A stretch of 63,999 bases of DNA, filler included, from a bacterium (lineage in GTDB: Bacteria; UBA9089; CG2-30-40-21; SBAY01), in assembly GCA_040757115.1 (NCBI GenBank). It is 17 parts of 17 records of this genome, joined end to end, with 100 filler letters (N's around TTAATTAATTAA, not from the genome) between each part and the next. Parts side by side here need not be neighbours in the genome. Positions count along the whole stretch, not along the records: positions 27,600 to 31,345 come from JBFLYA010000316.1; positions 31,446 to 35,158 come from JBFLYA010000317.1; positions 35,259 to 38,968 come from JBFLYA010000318.1; 14 more parts are not named here. One strand, written 5' to 3'. Within the stretch, counting starts at the first letter, position 1, and each line of letters opens with the position of its first letter. Both the position numbers and the translations under genes were made by a program. Below the pieces are notes generated by a model, which did no database searches, was not told the DNA's origin, and worked only from the letters and a program-made list of their open reading frames with translations. This document shows, piece after piece, positions 28,623-39,068 of the stretch.

Positions 28623-30737
28623 ATGGAAAAAGTGATGGTTAAAGAAAAAGAGGCGAGAAGTATGGGAAGAAAGATTGCGTTTGAAAAAATAAGAAACATA
28701 GGGCTTATGGCTCATATAGATGCAGGTAAAACCACAACTACGGAACGCATTCTGTTTCATACAGGTAAGGTGCATAGGTTTGGTGAGGTAGATGAAGGAA
28801 CGACCGTTATGGACTGGATGGAACAGGAACAGAAAAGAGGGATTACGATTACTGCGGCTACAACTACCTGTTTCTGGCGAGACCATAGAATCAATATTAT
28901 TGATACCCCGGGACATGTTGATTTTACGATTGAAGTAGAACGCTCATTAAGAGTGCTTGACGGCGTAATTACCGTTTTTTGCTCCGTAGGTGGTGTTGAA
29001 CCTCAATCAGAAACTGTCTGGCGTCAGGCAGACAGGTATCATGTTCCCAGAATTGCCTTTGTCAATAAAATGGATAAAGTAGGCGCAGATTTTAACCATG
29101 TGGTTTTGATGATGAAAGAAAGATTAGACGCTATCGCTGTGCCAATACAATTACCAATTATGGATAAAGAAGGTGTGTTTAAAGGCATTATCGATGTGGT
29201 TAAAATGAAGGCTCTTTACTGGGAGAAAAACGAAAAAATAGAAATCATTAGAGAAGATGAAATCCCTGAAGAATTATATGAAACCGCAAACACTGCTCAT
29301 CATACTTTGATAGAAACTATCTCAGAATTTGATGAAGAGTTGATGACAAAATACTTATCCGATGAACAGATGAGTGAAGATGAAATTAAGAGAGGTATTC
29401 GGTCAGCAACAATAAAGGGATTGATTTTCCCGGTGCTCTGTGGGAGTTCAGTCAATAATAAGGGAATAAAGAATCTCTTAGATGCCGCAGTAGATTATTT
29501 ACCTTCTCCTATTGATAAACCTCCAGTTAATGGGGTTAATCCTAAAACAGAGCAACAGGAAGAACGAATTGCTTCAGATGATGAACCTTTTTCTGCTTTA
29601 GCCTTTAAGATTGCGGCAGACCCGTATGTCGGTAATTTATCTTATATTCGGGTTTATTCTGGCTCTGTTGCTTGCGGTGATTCAATCTATAACGCTAATA
29701 CAGACAAAAATGAAAGAATCGGTCGAGTAATACAAATGCATGCGAATAAACGAGAAGATATTGAACGACTTTATGCAGGTGATATTGGAGCCGTAGTTGG
29801 ATTAAAAGATATTTCTACAGGTAATACCCTGTGTGATAAGAAATATCCAGTTGTTTTAGAATCAATTCATTTTCCTTCACCCGTGATTTCAGTAGCGATA
29901 GAACCAGAGACCAAACAGGATGAAGAAAAATTAGGGCTGGTCTTAAGTCGCTTAACTCAAGAAGACCCTACTTTTAAAAAATCTGTAAATTCAGATACAG
30001 GTCAAACCCTTATCTCCGGTATGGGCGAATTACATTTAGAGGTTTTAATCGAACGAATGAAGACGGAGTTTGGATTAAATGTCCAAGTAAGCAAACCACA
30101 AGTAGCATACCGGGAAACGATTAAAGGAAATGTTGAAATAGAAGGAAAATACATTCGTCAGAGTGGTGGTAGAGGACAATATGGTCATGTCTGGTTGATG
30201 ATAGAACCAGTAGAACCAGGAACAGGACTGGAATTCGTTAATAAGATTGTGGGCGGAACTATACCGAGGGAATATATCCCACCGGTGAAGGCAGGTATTG
30301 AAGAAGCAATGGGTTGCGGTGTATTAGCCGGCTATCCAGTTGTAGATGTAAAAGTAACATTATTTGATGGTTCTTTTCATGAGGTAGATTCTTCGGAAAT
30401 TGCCTTTAAAAATGCCGCACATCAAGCGTTTATTGCTGGAGTTAAAAAAGCACATCCAGTTCTATTAGAGCCAATTATGAAATTAGAAGTAACCGTTCCT
30501 CAGGAATATATGGGAGATATAATTGGAGACCTTAATTCTAAAAGGGCAAATATTTTAGAAATGGAACAAAGAAGAACATCTCAAATCATTCGAGCCATGG
30601 TGCCACTATCAGAGATGTTTGGGTATGCGACGACGATACGTTCGTTGAGTCAAGGAAGGGCAAATTATACAATGGAATTCGCTTACTATGCAGAAGTTCC
30701 AAAGGAAATTGCTGAAAAAATTGTATCTAATATATAA
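28623..30737 (+). CDS. fusA: Elongation factor G
   Basis: [29 protein letters not shown]. Confidence 0.98.
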   Translation: MEKVMVKEKEARSMGRKIAFEKIRNIGLMAHIDAGKTTTTERILFHTGKVHRFGEVDEGTTVMDWMEQEQKRGITITAATTTCFWRDHRINIIDTPGHVDFTIEVERSLRVLDGVITVFCSVGGVEPQSETVWRQADRYHVPRIAFVNKMDKVGADFNHVVLMMKERLDAIAVPIQLPIMDKEGVFKGIIDVVKMKALYWEKNEKIEIIREDEIPEELYETANTAHHTLIETISEFDEELMTKYLSDEQMSEDEIKRGIRSATIKGLIFPVLCGSSVNNKGIKNLLDAAVDYLPSPIDKPPVNGVNPKTEQQEERIASDDEPFSALAFKIAADPYVGNLSYIRVYSGSVACGDSIYNANTDKNERIGRVIQMHANKREDIERLYAGDIGAVVGLKDISTGNTLCDKKYPVVLESIHFPSPVISVAIEPETKQDEEKLGLVLSRLTQEDPTFKKSVNSDTGQTLISGMGELHLEVLIERMKTEFGLNVQVSKPQVAYRETIKGNVEIEGKYIRQSGGRGQYGHVWLMIEPVEPGTGLEFVNKIVGGTIPREYIPPVKAGIEEAMGCGVLAGYPVVDVKVTLFDGSFHEVDSSEIAFKNAAHQAFIAGVKKAHPVLLEPIMKLEVTVPQEYMGDIIGDLNSKRANILEMEQRRTSQIIRAMVPLSEMFGYATTIRSLSQGRANYTMEFAYYAEVPKEIAEKIVSNI

Positions 30738-30894
30738 ATTTGGTAACTGGTGATTGGTAAATGGTAATTTAATTACCATTGAGCCAATTACTAAATAGGG
30801 CTTCACGAAATTATAAAGTAAGTAATCGGTTAACTGGTAACTAATTACCATTCACCAGTTACCAATTACCAAATAAAAGGAGGTATTAAAAAAA

Positions 30895-31345
30895 ATGGCA
30901 AAGCAGAAATTTGAGCGGACAAAACCACATGTTAATGTGGGAACAATTGGTCATATTGACCATGGAAAAACAACTTTAACTTCGGTTATCACGAAGGTTT
31001 TATCAATGGCAGGACAGGCAGAATTTAAGGCGTTTGGTGATATTGATAACGCACCAGAAGAAAGGGAGCGGGGGATAACCATTGCCATAGCCCATGTTGA
31101 GTATCAGACACAAAACAGGCATTATGCCCACATAGATTGTCCCGGGCATGCGGATTACATCAAAAATATGATTACCGGTGCCGCCCAGATGGATGGGGCA
31201 ATATTGGTTGTTTCAGCCGCAGATGGTCCTATGCCTCAAACACGAGAACATATTTTATTAGCCCGTCAGGTGGGTGTGCCGTATATCGTTGTATTTTTAA
31301 ACAAAGTAGATATGGTTGATGACCCGGAATTATTGGATTTAGTTG
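30895..31345 (+). CDS. tuf: Elongation factor Tu (3' truncated by contig end)
   Basis: [24 protein letters not shown]. Confidence 0.98.
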
Positions 31346-31445
31346 NNNNNNNNNNNNNNNNNNNNNNNNNNNNNNNNNNNNNNNNNNNNTTAATTAATTA
31401 ANNNNNNNNNNNNNNNNNNNNNNNNNNNNNNNNNNNNNNNNNNNN

Positions 31446-31598
31446 CCTTTATTTAACCTGACTCCTCCATTTAATACCTTGAACACACCTCTACCTTCAG
31501 GGACTTACACTATCTACTTTGGAGTGGATATAAATATGAATGGTGTGATAGATTTTGATAGTCTGTATTATGACTCTGTAGTAGTCATAGTGCCATAA
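31446..31598 (+). CDS. C-terminal fragment of a probable secreted protein
   Basis: Open from contig start: PLFNLTPPFNTLNTPLPSGTYTIYFGVDINMNGVIDFDSLYYDSVVVIVP* with a DxNxNGxxD Ca-binding-like loop. Confidence 0.55.
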   Translation, partial: PLFNLTPPFNTLNTPLPSGTYTIYFGVDINMNGVIDFDSLYYDSVVVIVP

Positions 31599-32311
31599 AG
31601 GAATGGGAATTTGAGAAAGATGGTGGGGCAGACCTTGCGAGGTCTGCCCCCAGAAGCCATCTACACGGGGAGTGGGCACAAACGGGGATGAAAATGGGTT
31701 TGATAGTTTGATGGTTTAATGGTTCAAGTGAAATCAGGCTGAAGCCTGCGGCTACCAGCCTTCCCGAATCCCGAGTCCCGAGTCCCGATTTTCAGGAGAA
31801 TAGCACGCTGATGACGCGGATGTTGCGGATATTTCGCGGATAAAAAATATGTAACCGTTCACCGCAGAGACGCAGAGAAAAACACACCCCTAACCCCTCT
31901 CAAGAGGGGAATATAACCCCCTAACCCCCTTTGTTAAGGGGGAATATTTGCTTCTTATTCGTGTGCATTCGTGTTGACAAAAAGGCAAAAACTTTATAGA
32001 ATTGATATAATTAACAATTGACAATTTACAATTAACAATTGACCATTATTTGTTAATTTTGTCAACATCAAATATTAATTGTGAATTGATAATGGCTAAT
32101 TGATAATTGTCAATTGACTATATTTGGACTTGTGGGTAACGATAAGCTCTCAAGAGGGGAACAACCCCCTAACCCCCTTTGTTAAGGGGGAATATGCGGG
32201 CGGGATGCTGAAGTCGAGCAACGCAGGCTAAAGCCTGTGGCTGCCAGCCTTCCCGAGTCCCGAACCCCGAGTCCCGAGTCCCGATTTTCAGGCGAAAGGA
32301 GGTAAAAACCA

Positions 32312-33316
32312 ATGAGTGTTAGTTATAAAGAACTTGGGTTGGTAACAACCAGAGAAATGTTTAAGGTGGCGATAGAGAAAGGTTTTGCTGTGCCAGGATA
32401 TAATTTCAATAATATGGAGCAATTGCAAGCGGTCATTCGTGGGTGTGTTGAGACGGATTCACCAGTCATTTTGCAGGTATCCAAAGGTGCCCGTGAATAT
32501 GCTAATTCAACTTTACTCCGTTATATGGCTCTGGGAGTGGTCGAGATGGTTAAGGAGGGTGGCAATGAAATCCCAATTACCTTACATCTTGACCATGGTG
32601 ATACCTTTGAGCTGTGTAAATCTTGTATTGATACTGGATTTAGTTCAGTAATGATTGATGGCTCACATCATCCTTATGAACAAAATATCGCTTTGACCAG
32701 GCAGGTCGTAGAATATGCCCACTCTAAAGATGTGGTAGTTGAAGGTGAACTTGGAATTTTAGCCGGGATTGAAGAAGAAGTAAAGGCAGAAAAAACTACC
32801 TATACCCATCCTGAACAAGTAGAAGATTTTGTTTCTCGGACTGGTGTTGATTCTCTGGCTATTGCTATTGGGACAAGTCACGGGGCATATAAATTCAAAC
32901 CCAAACCTGGTGAATCGATACCACCTTTACGATTTGATATACTTGAAGAGGTTGAAAAGCGATTGCCTGGTTTTCCAATCGTTTTACACGGTGCCAGCTC
33001 TGTCTTACAAAAGTATGTGGAGATAGTTAATCAATATGGTGGTAACCTATCTGGGGCTATTGGTGTCCCGGAAGACCAATTACGCCGAGCCGCTAAAAGT
33101 GCGGTCTGTAAAATCAATATCGATACGGATGGACGGCTTGTCGTCACGGCGATGGTGCGTAAAATCCTGGCTGAAAATCCAAAAGAATTTGACCCCAGAA
33201 AATACCTTGGCCCAGCACGGGAAGAATTAGTTGAGATGATTAAGCGTAAAAACATAGAAGTTCTTGGCTCAAATGGACATAGTAAGGAAATTTTAAAGGC
33301 GATAAGAGGTGAATGA
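32312..33316 (+). CDS. fba: Class II fructose-bisphosphate aldolase
   Basis: LHLDHG, SSVMIDGS, VEGELG, GTSHGAYK, VLHGAS, DPRKYL. Confidence 0.96.
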   Translation: MSVSYKELGLVTTREMFKVAIEKGFAVPGYNFNNMEQLQAVIRGCVETDSPVILQVSKGAREYANSTLLRYMALGVVEMVKEGGNEIPITLHLDHGDTFELCKSCIDTGFSSVMIDGSHHPYEQNIALTRQVVEYAHSKDVVVEGELGILAGIEEEVKAEKTTYTHPEQVEDFVSRTGVDSLAIAIGTSHGAYKFKPKPGESIPPLRFDILEEVEKRLPGFPIVLHGASSVLQKYVEIVNQYGGNLSGAIGVPEDQLRRAAKSAVCKINIDTDGRLVVTAMVRKILAENPKEFDPRKYLGPAREELVEMIKRKNIEVLGSNGHSKEILKAIRGE

Positions 33317-35158
33317 ATAAAAAATCTTTTATCTTACCGGTTTTACTCATTTTACTCATCGGCTGTTTTTGTATGGGATTCTGGGGAGAATGGGATTTTT
33401 ATATCGTTAATGACCACCCTATCAGGATTCAATACCTGTGGGATACATTAAAGATAAATCTGCCTATCTTTCATAAACTCATCTATTGGAATCCCTTCAT
33501 AAATTGTGGAGAGCCCAGTTTATATTTGTATCCACCGGGTTTTATCATCTTTGGAACAGCAATTGACTTGATTACCTTCCATCAACTACCCATAGAAATA
33601 ATCTATAAACTCCTTCTTATCTTTGCCTATTACTTACCGGGAATTACCAGCCTTTTATTTTACAAGAAAATAGGTTTGAGTCGAATCAGTGCCTTACTGG
33701 GCGCACTGGCAATGATGCTCTATTCCAATATGACCATTGGTGGTGATGTTGAAGGCGGAATGATTATTGGATTCTTAAATATGCGACTGGCGGTTGGTCT
33801 GGCACCCCTTATCTTGTATTTTGCCTTATCCTGGAACTTGAAAAATGCCATATTTACAGGATTGACATTAGGTTTATGCCTTTTAACCCATCCCTGGGGC
33901 TGTTTGTTGCCTATTCTGGCAATAATACTTTTATGGACACCTTCTAAAAAATCTATCGGACTTTTATTCCTTATCTTCGTTTTAGCCTTTGGAATATCGT
34001 GTTTTTGGTCATTACCGGCATTTTCCCATCGGGAATTTCTTAGACGGGCTGTTCTCTGGGACTTTTCTCCAGACGATATTTTTACCTGGATTAAACAATT
34101 ACGACCCTTTTGTTTATTATATTTAATCTCCCTTGCAGGATTACATAAAAAACATCTACGATTAGGCTTTTTACCTCTAATTATTTTAATCGTGATACAG
34201 GGAAGTTATTTTTTTCACCTCGAATTACTTGAGCCTTCAAGGCTAAAAGATAATTTTTTCTTCTCAATACTGCTTTTATCGGCTGTTGGAATAGAGCAGT
34301 TATTAATTTGGTTAAAAAGGAGAATTATTTATTCCCTTGCCTCTATTTGCCTGATTATCATTTTGCTTGTTCCTTTTATGAATTCACCAACAAAAGGTTC
34401 ATATAGTTATGGAAGTATCACCTATTATGAAAATTTTGAGAAATATTACCAGATGAATAATATTTTCCATACCTTAAAAGATTCACCACCAGGTAGAATC
34501 CTTTTTACCTCTTCATCCCGGCCGATGAAAGGGGTATATCATACCCATATTTTTGCTTTGACCCCTGTTTTTATTGGCAGGGAAATTATAGGAGGAATAC
34601 CAACCGCTCATACCCCAATGGCTAATTATCTTTATTATGGTGGTAAGCAAAATAAGAATACAGATTTTGCTGAGGCATTTGATAATAAATCTATCTTTGG
34701 AATGAACTATGACGAAGGCGTGGATGTTCAAAGACTACATAAAATATGTTCACGGTTGAATATTACGACAATTGTTGTTGGCAAATATGAGGATAAAGTC
34801 CGTTCTTTTTTTCTTGCCAATCCTGACTATTTTCCATTACGGACAAAAATAGGTAGGTTTCATCTCTTTGATGTTGCCAACTACAAACATTCCCTTTTAG
34901 ATTATAATAAAGCAGTGATTATTAAAGGGAAAATGGATGAAATTCACATTCGAGTATTAGAGGCAAAACAAAATATCACACTGGGGGTCAAAATTTCCTA
35001 TTATCCATTGTGGAAGGCGTCCATTGATAATATTCAATTAAAAGTTAGTCAGGATGAAATGGGTTTGATAAAGGTCAATCTGCCAGCAGGGGAAAATTAC
35101 ATTGTGAAGTTAAAATATGAAGATGGACTGATGGAACAAATTGGCTGGATTATCACCA
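33313..35158 (+). CDS. Multi-pass membrane protein, GT-C-like (YfhO/PTPS-related membrane family), 3' truncated
   Basis: About 10 TM segments, WNP...GEP.L.LYPPG, C-terminal SYYPLWKA soluble domain. Confidence 0.6.
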
Positions 35159-35281
35159 NNNNNNNNNNNNNNNNNNNNNNNNNNNNNNNNNNNNNNNNNN
35201 NNTTAATTAATTAANNNNNNNNNNNNNNNNNNNNNNNNNNNNNNNNNNNNNNNNNNNNCCCCCAAGATTGGGGGGTGGGGG

Positions 35282-35466
35282 TTGAAAATAAAATTAAAAA
35301 ATTAATTATTAGTAGTGGTAGTGGTAGTGGTAGTGGTAGTGATGTGGAGAATGTGGGTAACTCCAAAGGAGTTATCCAAGCGATTGTGGGTAAGTTGTGG
35401 ACAGCTTTGCTGTCCATCAACTTATCCACATGAGCGTCAATTGCGTCACTATCCACATCTTTCCAC
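35282..35466 (-). other. DnaA-box cluster with trinucleotide repeats and an AT-rich tract (oriC-like architecture)
   Basis: Exact TTATCCACA at 35422-35430 plus about five near-matches; (GTAGTG)n run at 35311-35341; AT tract at 35282-35310. Confidence 0.45.
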
Positions 35467-35965
35467 TTTGTGCCCACTCCCTGTAGGCATGAGCGTTTCT
35501 CCTGAAAAATGAATTTAAAACTACGAAGAACACGAAGATTATCATTTATATTTTTGGGTTATTATCTTCGTCTTTCTTTGTGTTTTTCGTGTTTCTCCAC
35601 CAAATGACTACGGATTACTAAAAAATAAAATTTTACTTGACAATTTGTCAAATATATGCTATATAAATTAAAGAGAAACCTTTTGGATAAAATGAGAATG
35701 GAAGTAAGTGCCTACGAGTTAGAAAGTGAACTAAAGTTGAAGGTGGATAACTTTAGATTTTTAAGTGGTGACTAAATGCAAGACTAAATCTTTGCTTATA
35801 ACCTTTCCAAATTTAGGCACTTTAAGTATTCGTAACCACAATTTCATTGATAATCAACGCTCGATTCCTGAACCTGTCAGGAACAGGTTTTATCCGAAAG
35901 TGTTCCAATATTTAAGGAGGGTGAATAAAATAATATTAAAAACCTGGGGAGGAGGGGATATTAAT

Positions 35966-36190
35966 ATGTCCAAAAAAATGATAGGATCAGGTTTTTCAGG
36001 GGTAGAAGTTGAATTAATGGAAAGTAAGGGGTTGAAGAGATTATCTACTACGAAAGAAGATAGAGAAAGAATTGAAGAGGGAATAAAACGAATAACCCCA
36101 AGAGTAGAAGCGGGAATAAAAAGGGTTAGAGAATGGGTAAAAAAATCAGGAGAGGCAACAGAATGGCATCCAGGATGTAAAGCTATGTAA
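35966..36190 (+). CDS. Hypothetical 74-aa protein
   Basis: Strong RBS GGAGGAGG before ATG 35966; ends 4 nt before the next gene. Confidence 0.6.
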   Translation: MSKKMIGSGFSGVEVELMESKGLKRLSTTKEDRERIEEGIKRITPRVEAGIKRVREWVKKSGEATEWHPGCKAM

Positions 36191-36194
36191 CGAT

Positions 36195-37694
36195 ATGATG
36201 TGTTTGACATTAAGTCCTTTTAAGGAAAAAGAGGAAGATATAGTTTTACTACTCTCCTTCTTTTTATACCCTGAGTTAGAAGAGGAGAAGGAGTTAATGA
36301 CAGAAATTTTGTCAAAAATGGGATTTGGAGACTTTTATAATTTAGCAAAGACCTATGGTAATGGCAGACCTTTAAAAAGAATATTCTCTTTAGTTGAAAA
36401 GGAAGGTTGTACTGAGATAAGAAAAAGTGAGGTTGAAGATTGTCGTGAATGGAATGCGGAATGGGAAATTTATTATCAACATTTGAATATATCAAAAAAG
36501 GCATTAAAATTTGATTTTTATACAGCGAAACAAGAATATTTAGGTTATCTAATTCTACGTCCCTCTGATGGCACGATTTGTGATTCTTTCATCCATACTC
36601 CTACCAAAAGAATAGAAACATCTAATTATTTCATAACTTGCAAAAACTCTCTTTGTGAAATTGATGGGATTCATTTTATCCAACAGGATGTGAAAACTGG
36701 AAGATGTGCTCATGCTTGTTTGGCAATGGTTTCTAAAAATTTAAGTTACAAAACTAAAAAAACTCCTTTAACCTTTAGAGAAATAAGAGAACTATCTGGT
36801 AATACTTCTATTCCTGCCTCTGGGTTAAATATTAATGAAATAACAGATGTGATTAAAGGAATGGGTTATTATTCGCGATGTTATGATTATCTCAGTGAAG
36901 ATATTCCATATGAACCTGATGAAATTATCTATCAATATATAGAATCACAAATCCCTGTATATGTAGGTCTAAGATTTGACGATGGAGGACATGCTATAAT
37001 AGTAATAGGACATACCTTTGATTCTAATGCCTGGTGGCCTGAGGCAAAATTAGGCTACTATAAACATGAGAAAAGATTTTATTTTAAGAGTCCTATCTTT
37101 ACAGATTTTGTAATTCAAGATGATAATTTTGGTCCATATTTAACAAGTCCAAGAAACTTTTTTACTCGAGAAAATATTTCAAAAGTTATTGTTCCCCTTA
37201 TAGAAAATTTTCCTTTATACGCAGAGGAAATTGAGGATTATATCGTATATAGTTTCCTCGCAGATTTCAAGTTTCATAAGCAAATGAAACTTAATAAAAC
37301 TATCTGGACAGATGTTTATCTTCATCATCTCACCGAAGACAAAATTCTGTTAAGAACTTTTTTAATAGAACGAGATGAATTTATAAAGTCTATTAGAAAA
37401 AGTAATGCACCACAAGATATTAAAACTTTTTATACTAACCCTGTTCTTTTTCCAAAAATGACTTCGGATATATCAAAATTTTGGCTTATTGAGATAAGTA
37501 TTCCTGAAATTTTTATTCATAAACATTATCGTTTAGGAGAAGTCCTAATTAATCCTTATGAAGAAGACTGGTTAAAAGCCATTTTATCCATTCATTTACC
37601 AGGTGTTTTATTTGCAAAAAATCCAGAAGGAAGACTTGAAGAATATCTTATAAATAATGATGTACCATATGAAATAGCTAGATTTCCCTCGTGA
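36195..37694 (+). CDS. Hypothetical protein with a papain-like (peptidase C39-like) core
   Basis: FIQQDVKTGRCAHACLAM ... GGHAIIVIGH ... VIQDDNFGPY give Q-C/H/D in papain order. Confidence 0.6.
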   Translation: MMCLTLSPFKEKEEDIVLLLSFFLYPELEEEKELMTEILSKMGFGDFYNLAKTYGNGRPLKRIFSLVEKEGCTEIRKSEVEDCREWNAEWEIYYQHLNISKKALKFDFYTAKQEYLGYLILRPSDGTICDSFIHTPTKRIETSNYFITCKNSLCEIDGIHFIQQDVKTGRCAHACLAMVSKNLSYKTKKTPLTFREIRELSGNTSIPASGLNINEITDVIKGMGYYSRCYDYLSEDIPYEPDEIIYQYIESQIPVYVGLRFDDGGHAIIVIGHTFDSNAWWPEAKLGYYKHEKRFYFKSPIFTDFVIQDDNFGPYLTSPRNFFTRENISKVIVPLIENFPLYAEEIEDYIVYSFLADFKFHKQMKLNKTIWTDVYLHHLTEDKILLRTFLIERDEFIKSIRKSNAPQDIKTFYTNPVLFPKMTSDISKFWLIEISIPEIFIHKHYRLGEVLINPYEEDWLKAILSIHLPGVLFAKNPEGRLEEYLINNDVPYEIARFPS

Positions 37695-37732
37695 TTAATC
37701 AATTTTTATAAAAAACATGGAGGATAAAAAAG

Positions 37733-37981
37733 ATGAGACATACGGTTTCAGTTTTAGTTGAGAATAAATTTGGAGTTTTAACCAAGGTGGCAGGATTGTT
37801 TTCTGGACGGGGATTTAATATAGATTCCCTCTGTGTGGCAGAAACTGACGACCCAAATACCTCACTGAGGACCGTTGTTACTCATCGTGATGATAAAATA
37901 ATCGAGCAAATCGAAAAACAACTCAACAAACTTATTGATGTCATTAAATCTGGAAATTCACACTTCTCCCCAAATAACTGA
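37733..37981 (+). pseudogene. ilvN: Acetolactate synthase small subunit, ACT domain only (probably truncated)
   Basis: MRHTVSVLVENKFGVL...RGFNIDSL...QLNKLIDVIK, then an unrelated tail; no ilvB upstream. Confidence 0.7.
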
Positions 37982-38038
37982 TCCATTACCTCAAAATCCA
38001 ATTTCTAATTTCAGCATTCTACAAACGCTTACAATTCC

Positions 38039-38743
38039 TCAAAAGCCAAATCTAATTCTCCAAACAACAAATAATGCCTCAAAGATTATTCGTTTTGACA
38101 TTTTTGATTGACCTAATCTTCTCTCCTCAAAGACAATGGGGACTTCTGTCAACTTATATCCTTTTTTATAAGCCCTGTATTTCATCTCTATTAAAAAAGA
38201 ATATCCATCAGAAACAATATTCTTAAAATTTATCCCTTCTAATACATTTGCTCTATATCCTACAAACCCAGAAGTGCAATCATTTATTTTCAACCCGGTT
38301 ACTATTTTTGCATAAAGATTGGCAAATCTTGATAAAATCAGTCTTTTAATTGGCCAGTTGACGACACTTACGGTTCCATGTGTGTATCGAGAACCAACGA
38401 CAACATCATAATCTTTAAGTTTTGAGATAAATTTTGGTAAGAAGTCAGGATTATGAGAAAAATCCGCATCCATACTGATAATATAATCCACATCCATCTT
38501 CAGGCCGAATTGAAATCCTTCAAGATATGCAGAGGCAAAACCTAACTTGCCTGGTCGATGAATTACAAAAACCCTATCTGGAAATTCCTCTTTTAACTTA
38601 TTCACTACCTCTCCTGTTCCATCCGGCGAATTATCATCTACGATTAATACATTAATCTTGCCCTCTAAATTTAGTATCTGAGGAATAAGTTTTTGAACAT
38701 TATCCTTTTCATTATAAGTTGGAATAATCACTAATGTGCTCAT
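38039..38743 (-). CDS. Polyprenol-phosphate mannosyltransferase-like GT2
   Basis: IIPTYNE, VDDNSPDGT, MDADFSH, GSRY, DCTSGF. Confidence 0.92.
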   Translation of the reverse strand: MSTLVIIPTYNEKDNVQKLIPQILNLEGKINVLIVDDNSPDGTGEVVNKLKEEFPDRVFVIHRPGKLGFASAYLEGFQFGLKMDVDYIISMDADFSHNPDFLPKFISKLKDYDVVVGSRYTHGTVSVVNWPIKRLILSRFANLYAKIVTGLKINDCTSGFVGYRANVLEGINFKNIVSDGYSFLIEMKYRAYKKGYKLTEVPIVFEERRLGQSKMSKRIIFEALFVVWRIRFGF

Positions 38744-39068
38744 AATATTTTCAACCTCATATAGTTACTGGTAACCATTCAGGTGGTAATTTACCGCAGA
38801 GACGCAAGAGGCTGCGTTTCTGCGGTGAACGGTTACCAAAACTTTATAGCACTTATTAATCGAAATTTGACCCAGATATGGTTATGAAATTCCAAATCAC
38901 AAATTCCAAATTCCAATTAGCAGATATGGTTATGAAATTCCAAATCACAAATTCCAAATTCCAATTAGNNNNNNNNNNNNNNNNNNNNNNNNNNNNNNNN
39001 NNNNNNNNNNNNTTAATTAATTAANNNNNNNNNNNNNNNNNNNNNNNNNNNNNNNNNNNNNNNNNNNN

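Noticed and set aside
38861-38968. 48-bp tandem duplication (also a 20-bp one at 50122-50161)
   Set aside because: Both are at or near contig ends inside multicopy repeats, so assembly artefact cannot be excluded.
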